Positions 12,268 through 25,361 of a stretch of DNA of 64,000 nt are shown one piece after another. The stretch comes from Octopus bimaculoides. Taxonomy: Eukaryota. Every line of letters starts with the position of its first letter. Position 1 is the stretch's first letter. The stretch covers positions 41,404,709 through 41,468,708 of the forward strand of contig NC_068981.1 in NCBI RefSeq assembly GCF_001194135.2. The letters are read 5' to 3'. The notes below the pieces were generated by a model. That model worked only from the letters and a program-made list of their open reading frames with translations, was not told where the DNA came from and searched no databases. The position numbers and the translations under genes were made by a program.

Positions 12268-15218
12268 TTAGAATTTTCAAAAAGACAAGCAAGAGGATAT
12301 TAAAACAAAGCAAAAAAGGAACAAAAACGTTTGTAACTAGCAGCTTCCTTTAAAGCTAGGAACACAGCAGCATTTTCCCTTTTAGAGGGGTTTTTTTTTT
12401 TTTGCTGGTAGGGGATGCTAGCAGAACACTAATAGAAAATCTTATTTACCTTGGGAGGATCATTTTGCCAATAAAACTCGTGCACTGGTTAGATTTTACT
12501 TTTTATGCCTATCAGTTTACAACTTACCTAATAAACGGATGATTATGATGATGATGATAAAATGAAGCAAAACATAATTAGTGAGTTTTTTATTGACAAA
12601 ATGAACCTCAATATTGCAAAACAAATACAAAAAATGTTTATAAATATGTAATTAGAGGTATTAAAAGAATAGAGTTGCGACGAACCCATTAATGAAAATG
12701 CTGGTCCACAATTTCATAAAAAAAAAAAAAACTGATTCTAACCAACACATAAAAACTGATAACATAATTTAGAAATTCTGACATTTGCACTCTTGCCACC
12801 AATCTCCCTTTATCTAAATCAGTAGTTCTCTTACCTGGTTAAGCCCCTCGGTTTCCCATTTCCCGTATAAAATCATAGATTGGATTTAAAGAAGTGGATA
12901 TCTATAAAAGCGCGCGTGCACACACCACAATAAAGGAAAAGACACAAATTGTTGCACTACTAATGGCAAATAAGGAAAAACAGTATATTCCTAAATTTGT
13001 AGATATATTGATATAAAATTTAGGGATTATTTCCCTTATTATACCCTATCGATTTTATTCACGAGGCTTGATCTATTTATATTTTAATACACACAACTCT
13101 ACATATATAGTAAAACGAGTATATTATGCAATCATTTACTATTAGAAACCATTGTATTATTAGATATAGATTTGAAGTAATCCTGTATTCTTCAGGAACG
13201 TTCTTTTCAGAATCCCAGCAGTTACTCATCTACAGACAAGTGAAAGAGCCCCCAAAATATTTCACTACAATTTTCTGTGAATGGCATGGAAGCAATAAAT
13301 TTTGCCATTGCAAGATGTTCCTTGTTAGTTTATCAACACGTACTTTTTACATGGTGACTATTCAGATAGATTTTCTAATTTTTAGTGATTTTATTTAAAA
13401 GTGAAATTATATATAAGCCTTTTATTGCGCCATTGTTCATTCAATATCTTATTCTCAAAATTATTCAGGTGTTATAGAGTTTCTTCATCTAACTGAAACA
13501 CTTTTCTCTAAAATAGAAACTAGTTCAATCGATTATAAATGATCCGTATTACATCTTTAAATCTACCACATAACACTATTTACTAAAAACTTATATATAT
13601 ATATAAGCCACAGAACCTCCCAATATTAGAAACGAATATCTAAGCATTATCTAAACCTAATTACCTATGAAGAAAAAAAACAAAACAATACAAACAAAAC
13701 CAAATTGATCCTCACAAACTATAAATCCACAAGCACTTTCCACTTCACAAGAATGAAGGACAACTCAGAATAACGAGATAAAGAGATGTGTGTGTGTGTG
13801 TGTGTGTGTACACGCGCCTATCTGTATATGTGTGGTGAAAATGGTAAAAACGGGACACAAAAACTGTCAAACTACAGAAAAAAACAAGCTATCTGGATAT
13901 TTTTTTTAATGTGTATTCAATTGAAGTAATGATATTAGTAAAACTATATATTTTCTAACACAGAAATGAATGGAAAAAATATAAATAAATCAAAAAGAAA
14001 TACGTCTTATCGAGTTTCTTATTGTATCATTTTATGTCACGGGACAGTTATACATGTCTAACAAATTACAAGCAGAATCAAAATCATTGCCACAAGATCC
14101 ACTGTTACTGACGAATTAATCGATAAGAAAAAGGATTTCGTCTCCCGAAGAAAAAAAAAAAAAAAGGCAGACTTTCTTTGGGAGCGATGAATCATTTTGA
14201 AATAAAGGAATAATCTCGTCGTTTCATCATTTCCACGGTCATTCGTAACAACTTGATTGAATTCAGAGGAGAGTAAAATGAAACTAAATGGTAATTTGAC
14301 AACATGTCCATTTTAGCGAAACATTGCTTTAAACTATACATAGTGGTCACGCCTGTTGAAGAACAAATTTCTGTTAATGCATTATCCAATATTGTTGAAA
14401 CTAGTGGTGGGGTTTTTCACTATATAAAGAGATGCCTTTTAAACAGAACTATGCTAACATTGAACGAATGTCTAAATACAGGAGCAGGCACAGACGAACA
14501 CACGAACACACCAATAAATAATGTTACATACAGTGTGTTTATGTTTTTACGATACACGCTTGAAGTAGTGGAATTGATTCCATATATTTTTGTGTATTTA
14601 TAGAATACCAACAGAATATTACAAGTAACACCGAAGAAGTAGCTGAGTTGAAAAGAACTTCAAATATGGTTTTAAAACATTAGTTAACACACGAAATATT
14701 CTAAGTTTCGGTGAAACTGAAACTAAAGAGAGAGCACTACGTAAATTGTTGCAACATTCGTTTATATAATGTCTAATGTGGAAACTGAATAAAAATATGC
14801 CATTGCTGGTTTTCCTTATTCAATTAATTTAATACAAAATGAGTTTAGCAACAATAAGGATTATTGTATAGCATCAAATATCGATTTCTTTCCAAGGCAT
14901 AAAACCTTTCATTTGTAGGCAAGTGTCGCCCGATTTCGACCCCAACACATTGCAATGAGTAATTAATTTCAATGATACTAGTTTTGCAGACCCCAGGAGG
15001 GGGAAGGTAGACAGGCCAAGCTGTTGAAATTTAAATATAGAATTAAAATATTCATATTGTATTTTGGGCTTATCTACAAGGAATATAATAAGCATGCATT
15101 AAAATGAGCAAGTTTTAAGCTAAATTTATCGTCTATTTAATTTATTAGTGGGTGTAGTATAAAAAGGTACAGACGAATATGTTAAATAAAATTTAAAAAC
15201 CAATACAATTATATTTAC

Positions 15219-15729
15219 CTGGATGTTTAGGACATGAATTTTCCAGTTTCGATTCAGCACCTGAAGTATTGTTTACGTGCTTAGATGTCATATCGACAAT
15301 AACATGGTATTTATCATGTTCGGATTCACAAACATTGCAGAGAGGATAGGAACATTGTTCACACCATCGAACAGCTGGGTTCTTAGTACATGAACAAACC
15401 ACTTCAGGAACGTCTCTAAGATTATCAGAAGTTTCAGGCTGATGATTTCGTTGAGCGGCATATCTGTCTAAAAGGCTTGTAATAAGATGATTACTAGAAA
15501 ATGATTGGGCCCATTTTCCAGGGTCAGGATCTATTGGTTCAGGGGGTTTGGAAGCTGAACGGCAAATTGGACATGTTAAATGACCTGTTTGCCGAACACA
15601 ATCCTCCTTGTTCATTATATATTGGTGTAAACAATCTTGGCAAAAAGTATGTAGACATGGAAGCGCTTTTGGATTAGTAAATAGTTCAAAACACATAGAA
15701 CACGTTAAGTCTTGTTCTAATCCTGCCAT
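15219..15729 (-). CDS. TRIM-NHL family E3 ligase, coding exon 1 (RING + B-box 1 + first residues of B-box 2)
   Basis: ATG at 15729 in aaaATGG context (MAGLEQDLTC). C3HC4 RING CSMC...CLHTFCQDC...CPIC. B-box-like CSC...WCEQCSYPLCNVCESEHDKYH. Ends CPKHP-G at a phase-1 donor CCAG|GTAAAT (GT at 15218-15217). Confidence 0.93.
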
Positions 15730-15810
15730 TTTCGAGGAAAATTCTAATTTGGAGCCTAGCTGACGACCAGCCTCGTTCTGATGAAGCTGCACCGACTTTA
15801 CTTTGCTGTG

Positions 15811-15874
15811 ACCAATCAGTGTCACTCCCTTTATAGAGAGACGCGTTTACAGTGGCCTCTGCTCGCTATAAATA
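15811..15874. promoter_or_regulatory. Candidate bidirectional core promoter (divergent TATA boxes, CCAAT)
   Basis: Minus-strand TATAAAG at 15835-15829, about 100 nt upstream of the TRIM ATG. Plus-strand CCAAT at 15812-15816 and TATAAATA at 15867-15874. ACGCGT at 15841-15846. Locally CpG-enriched. Confidence 0.45.
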
Positions 15875-16713
15875 CACGCTTGATTAATTTGATTGTCACA
15901 CGACAATTGTAGCTTTTTTTTTGTCTTTTAAGTAAAAATAGTAAACATATCTTATGACAAAAGTTTGATGTTGTAGAAAAAGCAACGTATTCAGTGCGAG
16001 CTGAGTCTTAAACCTAATTTCGATTTTTGCTGATGCAATTTCATTTTATTTATCATGTGTTGCTTATTCCTTGTATGAACGTCGTGTTATCTCATGTTTA
16101 CTCTTCTATAACTCTGAAGTCTGGTGCTTATGAGAGAGAGAGACAATGAGAGAGAATGTGCAACAGTGCTCGGAACTGGATGTTTTGTTGTATCTAGTTT
16201 AGTAGTTCGTACCGCTCTGCTCTTCGTTCAAATCCTGCTATTCTCACTGATCTTTAGTAGTCTTTGTGCGCAACATAATATGTAGAATTAGTAATTTCTA
16301 TATTAATTTAAGCAAGTAACCTTTTGCGCGTACATTAATTTCTTGTACTCTGGTTGAAATACGAGTATGTGCGCAGACTTAACTCAAACATTCGACGTTG
16401 GAGTTTTTAGTATAACTATTTCTCCAAGTCCCCCATACCTTATAGAAGATGAAAAGCGTAGTTTCTCCCCCCCCCCCCATTTCGTTTATAGTATTACTGC
16501 GGACGGCGGTCTCAAATATGCACTCCATCTCTTTTTCGAATGTTATACACTCATACATACATATCTACCTACCTTCCTACACACATAGCAACTATATGCA
16601 TGATAATACATACATGTTATGTTGAAATCCCAGTGACGGAGCCTTGGATCTAGGTTAGAAACCGGCTCTTTCTCTATTGGCAAGAAATCTTGATATAAAA
16701 CTAAACAACGACG

Positions 16714-16748
<35 letters not shown>

Positions 16749-17239
16749 TTGAATTCCGATGATTTCGACAATAGAACATTTTTAGCCTTCCGATTTCCGT
16801 ACATTTTCCTATTGTGTATGGGATTTAGAAGGGGTCGGCTATTCAAAGAAATCCGCCCTTTTGTCAGTATAACAGAATACATTAATAAACTAATGTCCTC
16901 TTCCAGTCAACAAATGAAACTTCTACATGGTCACTCGACCTGCTAGAAATAACTGCCAAATCCTCCTCATAAGATAATGTAATCCTGAATAATGTTAAAA
17001 AGATGGGATGGTAATTGGTGGAATATCTTAGATCTGCTTGATCAATGGTAACCAGGGACCCAACAGCAGCAACAAGTGATACCTGCTTACTGGACATATT
17101 CTCTCTCTCTCTCTCTCTCTTTCTCTCTTTCTCCCTCTCTCTCTCTCATAAACGTACATACGCACAAATGATTTTGTGTCGAATCTGAAAAATAGATCCT
17201 ATGACAAAGCTGTTACTCTTGTGATTGCCAACAAAGAAT

Positions 17240-17425
17240 GTCATCTAGAATCTTTCTATCTGCTAGGAATAGCAACCAAATCCTCCTAAAAGGATACCCT
17301 ACTATCTCAGAAAAGAACACAATCAATGATATGGTCTTGTGTGCACAGTTTCTGGGAAAACTATGAAATACTCATGGCTGGACATCTTTCATTAGGACTG
17401 ACTGGGGCTAAACAACTACTACAGC
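17240..17425. repeat. Dispersed short repeat, family E
   Basis: gatttgg(c/t)tg(c/t)tatttctagcag core and ggggctaaacaac end. Relatives at about 5410-5600, 16930-17070, 54740-54790, 57170-57300. Confidence 0.65.
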
Positions 17426-18239
17426 TTTTATTCAGTAAATCTGCTCATTTCATGGTATTCATCTCAGTGAAAATTTGAAACCAGAGCTCTTGATCTGTTG
17501 GCACCTTTGACCATGGCTCATGGACCTCAACCTTCAACACTGTGTTTGAAAAGACCTGTGAAACCATGTAGATAATGATGTATATATGTATGTGTGTGAA
17601 TAGAGAGAGAGAGAAAAATGTAGATAGATACACACATATATCTACATATGTATATGTTATGTTTGTGTGTGTGTATGTATATAATTACAAATGAGGAGAA
17701 TGCAGAGAGTAAGTCCTTTTGTTACATTAATTTGCAAATTTTCATTGAAATTTTTTCTCATGAATATTGTTACATTATGCAATAATATATGCAACAATAT
17801 ATTTATGAAGTCTTTAACTCAACAAATCAGAATTATACATAGTATAACAGTATTCATGAAATCAAATTTCAATGAAATATTTGGAAATTAATGTAATAAA
17901 AGGACTTGCTCATTCCATTCTCCATGTTTGTAATTGTAAAACCTCTATGGATACTTGCAAATTTTCAGGCATGTGTCTAATAAAACAGTCTCCAGATTAT
18001 TGTACGTCCAATAACCTGTAGATGAGCTTAATATGGTAAACACCAGGGCTTACACTTGAATGAAATTATATATATATATATATATATATCCAAAGTTTTA
18101 AATTTTTAAATTTAAGAGAGAGATTTGACGCTAATATCCATTATTAATGTAATTTATTCTTATGTCAACATAGGAATAAATTACTCCTTAAGGAGTCTAA
18201 TTTAGACTTTTTTTGCAGTGAAATCTCCTGCTATATTGG

Positions 18240-18960
18240 TAACGATTATCATCATATAACATCTGTTTTCCATGCTGGCACAGATTGTATGGCTTGCCAG
18301 GAACTGGCAAGGGCAGGGGCCTCACCAGATTCCATAGTCTGTTTTCGCCTGGTTTCAACAGCTGGATGCCCTTCCTAATGTCAACCACTTTACTGAATGT
18401 ACTGAGTGCTTTTTGCATGGCACCATCACCATCAATAATTTTTATGTGGCACCAGCACCATTGCTTTTTACATGGCACCAACGCCCACATCAATGCTTTT
18501 TATGTGGTACCTTCATTTTAAGACCTCAATTCTGTTGTGGTGGGCAGGTCTTCTTGAATACAGCAATGTGTCACATATCTTGGTCCTCTGTCATCTCCTT
18601 CATAAAGCTCAGTGTTTTGAGATCAGCCTTCAATACTTCGTCTCATGTCTTCCTGGGTCTCACTCTTCCATGATTTCCCTCCACTTTAAGTGATTGGTTC
18701 TTCTTTATACAACTGTCCTCATCCATCCACATCATATGATCAAACCAGTACAGTCTCCTCTCTTGCACACTGCATATAATTCCTCTTATGTCCAACTTCT
18801 TTCTCAATACACCACTGCTCTGTGACACATGCACACTAACATCACACATCCAGCAGAGCATACCAACTTCATTCCCCTCTAGCCTTTGCATGTCCTCCAC
18901 ATTCAGGGCACTTGTCTCACTACCATGCAGCATCGCAGCTCATACACATGCATCATACAA
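18240..18960 (-). mobile_element. RTE LINE 3' end: ORF C-terminus plus 3' UTR and tail
   Basis: MLHGSET...RRLYWFDH...GRVRPRKT*DEVLK is contiguous with the ttaggaagggcatccagc ... catgccagcatggaaa ... (GAT)n tail. Confidence 0.85.
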
Positions 18961-19250
18961 TCTTTCCTTCTGTCAGAGAGAGAGAGAGACCTTTGGTTGC
19001 CAACAGAGGTAAAAGCTCTCAGAACTTTATATATATACATAATCTTTTTACTTTTCTTTCACTTGTTCCAGTCATTTGACTGTGGCTATGTGAAGCACCA
19101 CCTTAAAGGGTTTTTAGTCAAACAAATCAGGCCAGCCTAGTACTTATTCTATCAGTTTTTTCACCGAACTGCTAAGTTACAGGGATGTAAACACACCAAC
19201 ATCAGTTGTCAAGCGGTGGTGGGTGGGGACAAACAGGCACAAACACACAG

Positions 19251-19291
<41 letters not shown>

Positions 19292-19749
19292 NNNNNNNNN
19301 NNNNNNNNNNNNNNNNNNNNNNNNNNNNNNNNNNNNNNNNNNNNNNNNNNNNNNNNNNNNNNNNNNNNNNNNNNNNNNNNNNNNNNNNNNNNNNNNNNNN
19401 NNNNNNNNNNNNNNNNNNNNNNNNNNNNNNNNNNNNNNNNNNNNNNNNNNNNNNNNNNNNNNNNNNNNNNNNNNNNNNNNNNNNNNNNNNNNNNNNNNNN
19501 NNNNNNNNNNNNNNNNNNNNNNNNNNNNNNNNNNNNNNNNNNNNNNNNNNNNNNNNNNNNNNNNNNNNNNNNNNNNNNNNNNNNNNNNNNNNNNNNNNNN
19601 NNNNNNNNNNNNNNNNNNNNNNNNNNNNNNNNNNNNNNNNNNNNNNNNNNNNNNNNNNNNNNNNNNNNNNNNNNNNNNNNNNNNNNNNNNNNNNNNNNNN
19701 NNNNNNNNNNNNNNNNNNNNNNNNNNNNNNNNNNNNNNNNNNNNNNNNN

Positions 19750-19797
<48 letters not shown>

Positions 19798-20285
19798 ATA
19801 ACTTGATAGATAAATGCTTGGAGGGGATGGGAGAGAGAAATTGAGAGTTGTATAGGTAAGTAGGTTAATTGAGTGACCAAATTGTAGGATAAAAATAAAA
19901 ATCATACAATTGTAAAGCAAATAATATAAACTCAAATAAACTTAACAAATAACTGTAAACTTTCAAGCTTGTTGCTTTATATGTTGTTAATGTTAAATTA
20001 TGAACACTTTTGGGTTTAATAACCCAAACATGTTTTTTTCTCATCAATAACTTAGCAATTTAGCAGTAGGTAAACAATTTTTTTTTTTTCAGACAGACAC
20101 ACATGCACACATAGTGGGCTTCTTTCAGTTTCCATCTCCAAATCTACTCATAAGTTTTTGGTTAGCCTGAAACTATAAAAGACACATGCCCAAGGTGCCA
20201 TACAGTGGGAGTGAACCCAAACCCAGAATCATACAGTGTCAGGAAGCAAACTTCTTACCAAACTGTTATGGTTCTGTTGTAAGAA

Positions 20286-20317
<32 letters not shown>

Positions 20318-20319
20318 TG

Positions 20320-20600
20320 AGTGTTCCAGTTGACTCAATCAATGAAACAGTCTGCTCAAGAAATTAATGTACAAGTGGCTGAGCACTCCACAGGGACATG
20401 TACCCTTAACATAGTTCGCTGTCACTAAATGTGACAAGGTTGACTCATTGCACTAAAGATGCAACACATTTTTGCCAGCTGAGCGAACTGAAGCAACGTG
20501 AAATAAAGTGCATTGCCCAAGGACACAATGTACCATCAGGAATCAAGCTCACAACCTTACAATTGTGAGCTGAATATCCCAACCACTAACCATGCCCCAA
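20320..20600 (-). mobile_element. tRNA-derived SINE, family D
   Basis: Minus strand ggcatggttagtggtt...gtgtccttgggcaatgcactttatttcacgttgc. Second copy at 59950-60240, partial at about 45790-45975. Confidence 0.7.
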
Positions 20601-21479
20601 CACACATATACATAATACATGTATATATATATATATATATATAAATTTAAATTAAGCAGCAAATGGAGAAAATTATAATGGATATTCTTATCCCTTAGAA
20701 GGTTATTCCAACCGCTAACTCTACTTACTTNNNNNNNNNNNNNNNNNNNNNNNNNNNNNNNNNNNNNNNNNNNNNNNNNNNNNNNNNNNNNNNNNNNNNN
20801 NNNNNNNNNNNNNNNNNNNNNNNNNNNNNNNNNNNNNNNNNNNNNNNNNNNNNNNNNNNNNNNNNNNNNNNNNNNNNNNNNNNNNNNNNNNNNNNNNNNN
20901 NNNNNNNNNNNNNNNNNNNNNNNNNNNNNNNNNNNNNNNNNNNNNNNNNNNNNNNNNNNNNNNNNNNNNNNNNNNNNNNNNNNNNNNNNNNNNNNNNNNN
21001 NNNNNNNNNNNNNNNNNNNNNNNNNNNNNNNNNNNNNNNNNNNNNNNNNNNNNNNNNNNNNNNNNNNNNNNNNNNNNNNNNNNNNNNNNNNNNNNTATAT
21101 ATATATATATATATATATATCATCATCATCATCATTGTTTTACATCCGTTTTCCATGCTGGTATGGGTTGGACAGTTTGACTGGGGACTGGCAAGCCAGA
21201 AGGCTGTATTAGGCTTCAATCTGATCGGGCAAGGTTTCTGTAGCTGAATGCCCTTCCAAACGCCAACCACTCCGAGAGTGTAGTGGTCGCTTTTTATGTG
21301 CCACCAGCATAGGAGCCAGCCAGGCAGTGGGGGGATTGGCATTGACCCGTTCAGATGGTGCTTTTTACATGTCACCGGCATATATACATACACACATATA
21401 TACATACACATATACACACATACATATATACCTACACACATATACATGCACGTGCGCGTGCACACACACACACACACAC

Positions 21480-21509
<30 letters not shown>

Positions 21510-21510
<1 letters not shown>

Positions 21511-21850
21511 TAGGTGCAGGTGTGGTTGTGTTGTAAGAAACTTGGTTCCAAAACACATGGTCCTGGGTTCAGTCCCACTGTGTGGTAACTTGGCATGTGT
21601 CTTCTGCTATAGCCTCATGCCAACTAAAGCCTTGTGAGTGGATTTCATAGACAGAAACTGAAAGAAATCAATTGTATACATATGTATATATGTAAGTGTA
21701 TGTGTGTGTCTTTGTGTCTGTGTTTCTCCCTCATGACTTTTTAACAACTGCTGTTGGTTTATTTACATCCCCATAACTTACTGCAGGCTTATCAAAATTT
21801 TTTTTTAAAGCGCTGGGGTTGATTCATTCAACAAAAAATTCTTCAAGGCA
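21510..21850 (+). mobile_element. tRNA-derived SINE, family A
   Basis: gtaagaaacttg...gggttcagtcccactg head and core. Confidence 0.8.
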
Positions 21851-21908
21851 GTGTCTCATATTTTTGTTTGCTCACTCAATTGTATCTATCAATCTATCTT
21901 TCTGTGTA

Positions 21909-22001
<93 letters not shown>

Positions 22002-22025
22002 TGTATGTATATGTGCATATTCATA

Positions 22026-22600
22026 TCTATTATATAAAAGTCAATATCTTTATGTGTGTTTGTGTGTTAGTTATAGATTTGAAAACCACTGCACCAATCC
22101 TAATGGAATTTGGAACACAAAATCCAAGCCTAGGAAGAAAGGTAATGCTGTATGTTTCATACAATTTCATGGACCAAAATTACTGAAATGGATCCTTATG
22201 ATATTTGGAACTTAGATTCAATGCATAATAGCAGGTATAATGTAGTATATTTGGTTTGAATTTGAGGTGGCTTAAAGGGGGCAGAACCCCCCCCCCCCAT
22301 GAAAATTCATAAATTTCCTATGTTGATGAAATTTCAACCATAGGTAATTGACACACATCAAGAAGTATTCCCAAAGTTTCCGCTTCTCATGAGGATTCTA
22401 AGACCCCCTAATGGGGGCCTTAACTCCCAAATTTAAGTCATTTTTTATGATCTAAAACTAGCTCAAAAGTACTGAAAGGATCTTTATGAAATTTGGAAAT
22501 TATATTCTATGCAAAAAGACAGATGTAATGCAGTATATCTTTGAAAGTGAGGGGGCATAAATGAGGCCATAACCCCCATGATGGCTTTTAGTTTTTAATG
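22026..22600 (+). mobile_element. Non-autonomous Helitron-like element
   Basis: A|TCTATTATATAAAAG start, TGTGTGTTTGT, aaaaccactgcaccaatcctaatggaatttgg and recurring atgaaatttgg sub-repeats. 3' end not identified. Confidence 0.6.
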
Positions 22601-22761
22601 AAGTACACATCAATTATAGCACTTGTGTACTCCACTAAATCCTGCATTGTCCTGCCATGTAAATATGCTTTGCTACTCTCTGATTCTGTAAATCACTTTC
22701 TCACCAACTTACATATTTTCCATTTCCTTGCTAATCTCTTTCTCTTTCATTTCCTCTAACT

Positions 22762-23377
22762 CAGTGCTACTCAAAGTGGTGGTCTGTGGACCATTGCCGG
22801 TCCGTGAGCAATCAGCTACCAGTATGCGACAAGTTTCAAGAAAAGAAAGAAACACTATAAAATGCTTATAAAATGCTTGTAATACTCTTTAACTCTTTTA
22901 CTTGTTTCAGTCATTTGACTGTGGCCATGCTGGAGCACCGCCTTTAGTCGAGCAAATCGACCCCAGCACTTATTCTTTGTAAGCCTAGTACTTAATCTAT
23001 CAGTCTCTTTTGCAGAAACGCTAAGTTACGTAAACGTAAACACACCAGCATCAGTTGTCAAGTGATGTTGTGGGGACAAACACAGACACACAAACATATA
23101 CACACACATACATACATATATATATATATATANNNNNNNNNNNNNNNNNNNNNNNNNNNNNNNNNNNNNNNNNNNNNNNNNNNNNNNNNNNNNNNNNNNN
23201 NNNNNNNNNNNNNNNNNNNNNNNNNNNNATATAAGACATTTGTTTACAAAATAGATATAAGACAAAAACAGTTGTCAACTTTTATTATATTCATTATATA
23301 TATTGTTTCCAGTATGAATTAATATTAGTAAGAAATATTACCGGTCCCTAGCACATTGGATAGTTTGAGAAGCACTA
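22762..23377. mobile_element. Non-autonomous hAT (Charlie-type) element with nested SINE
   Basis: Termini CAGTGCTACTCAAA / TTTGAGAAGCACTA. Perfect 8-bp TSD CTCTAACT at 22754-22761 and 23378-23385. SINE inserted at about 22885-23130. Confidence 0.9.
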
Positions 23378-24064
23378 CTCTAACTGACTCTTTAGTTGTC
23401 TTTCTCTGTATGTTTCTTTGGGAGCTATTTTAAGTTTTTCTTGTTTCAGAATTGAAGCCAGTCAATTACAGTCACTAAAGTGCAAAACCCTTTTCTTTAA
23501 GTCAAGATGGCTCTTGCAGTTTATAGTTACATGAACTGACTGATGTATGTATATATATATGTGTGTGGATCAACTTGCACTTGTGGGCATGCATACCACA
23601 ATGGAACATGTATGTATGTTCTCTTTCTCGTTTTGGTAACAAGTTGTGAAGGAATGTAAATTGTGTGTGTGTGCACATGCGTGCACATGTGTGTACATCT
23701 TTCTTTTTTCTCTCTCTCACTTTCTTTATTTCTTTCTTTCAAATGTGCCTAACTACCTATCTGAGTAGTCATCTACCTCTCTAGCTAATACTAATCTATT
23801 GACCTACCTATGTACCTGCCTACCTGTCAATCTGTCTACCTGTCGGCTGTCTACTTATCTGTCTATCTGGTTAGCTCTCAGTCTGTCTACTTATATATTT
23901 ATTTCTGTCACTTCATTCAGCTTTCTCTACAGTTTAGCTTTAAAATTTAATCAACAAGTTGTCCATTATGTGTGATATTATTTTTTTATACTATCATGTC
24001 ATTTCTTTATAGTATTCTGTCACATTGCTGTAGACTACACATAACTGCACCTATTAATATCTAT

Positions 24065-24096
<32 letters not shown>

Positions 24097-24159
24097 GTCA
24101 TCATCCTTCAGCATCTGCTTTTATACATAAATATATATAGTGTTGTTATATATGTATTT

Positions 24160-24582
24160 CTCTTTGCTGATGACTCAGCTCTAGTGGCTCATTCCCTAGA
24201 AGATAGCAAAAAAGTTACACACCAATTTGTATTTGTAATGATAGCATGCAGCCTATCAATAAACAAAAATAAATCTGAAGTTTTGTTTCAACTTAAACCT
24301 GATGTACTGGAACATGAACATTTAGTTATCATGATCATGAATCAATCTCTAACTATGATGAAAAAGTTCACGTGTTTGACCAGTATGGTCTCTAGTGACT
24401 CTTACCTGAATTCAGAAGTGGCTTAATACATACAGTCTGCTGTGATCAATTTTGAGAATCTTAGTGATTGACAAAGAAAATTAGGCATAAAGTTGGAAAT
24501 AAAATGCAAGATGTATTGAGCAGTTGTACTATAGTGTATGTTGCATTCTGCCGAAACTTACTCTATCCTCAACACATTAAAA
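24160..24582 (+). mobile_element. RTE/BovB-like LINE reverse transcriptase fragment
   Basis: LFADDSALVAHSLED...LSINKNKSEVLFQ...KFTCLTSMVS...GIKLEIKCKMY*AVVL...AETY. Confidence 0.8.
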
Positions 24583-24601
24583 ATCAAAGGGATCACTGAA
24601 A

Positions 24602-25197
24602 ATGGAGTATCAAAACAAACATTATTGACACCTTGTGCTTTTTTATTTAAAAAAAAAGCAAAAAAGTGGTGGAAACCCTCAGGAAGATATGCACTAAGGA
24701 TAGAGAGGATGCTGTTACAGAACATGTGTACCAGAAGAGGTTTTCAAGATTTCAATCCAGAAATGTTTTGGTTCAAGATGCACCTCACTCTGGCTGGCCG
24801 AGATTAACAGTGACACCAATATCCATTATACAATCAAGATGGCCACAGATATTCTCCAAATATCCAAACCAAGTGTTGCAAAGACAATCTGCATCAACTT
24901 GATTATACCATTACGCTTGATGTTAGGTTCCCACATCAGTTGAATGAGGCTAACCTCTCCTAACAGATTTCCATCTGTAATCCATTACAGAAACATGAAG
25001 AAAATTACACTTTTTTGAAGGGAATGGAAGCATGAGATAAAAAATGGATTGTTTATAACAATGTAAAGCACAAACAATCATAGGAGAAGTGTGGCAAACC
25101 TCCACAAACAACTTCCAAAGCAGGACTTCACCCAAAGAAGGTTATGATTTCAGATTGGTGGGATTGGAAGGATGTTGTCTTTTATGAGCTTCTTCCC
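24602..25197 (+). mobile_element. Decayed mariner transposase (mellifera-like), N-terminal two-thirds
   Basis: MEYQNKHY*HLVLFY, DAVTEHVYQKRFSRF...DAPHSGWP, DKKWIVYNNV, GLHPKKVMISDWWDWKDVVFYELLP. Confidence 0.85.
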
Positions 25198-25361
25198 ATG
25201 GACAGAGCTATGTATATATTTATATAGTTAGCAACTAGAAAAAATGATTGTAATGTATAACTGAAATCTTTTGATGAGTTTTAATTGGAGTATAGTTGTT
25301 ATATCTTTAATAAACCCAAATCAACTAAGAATCTGATAGAAAAACGAGTGTAAATTATAAT

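Larger units (their letters stand above)
4967..15218 (-). other. GT-AG intron of the TRIM-NHL gene (10,252 nt, phase 1)
   Basis: Donor and acceptor phases match and the splice rebuilds an intact zinc-binding motif. No intervening coding exon is needed. Confidence 0.88.

Noticed and set aside
12830-12850. U1 snRNA-like CTTACCTGG
   Set aside because: Only 9 nt match and no U1 stem-loops or Sm site follow. It could equally be a minus-strand splice donor.
15730-15825. 32-aa extension of TRIM exon 1 from the ORF-track start
   Set aside because: It starts at GTG, overlaps the putative promoter and has no domain content. The ATG at 15729 has a good context just before the RING.
19177-19935. Long ORFs with X runs or HT/CV/YI/polyI/polyN/polyM repeats (also near 20725, 25579, 31472, 33302, 35091, 47914, 48406, 51360, 55004, 61802, 63680)
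   Set aside because: These are translations of N gaps and di- or trinucleotide microsatellites.
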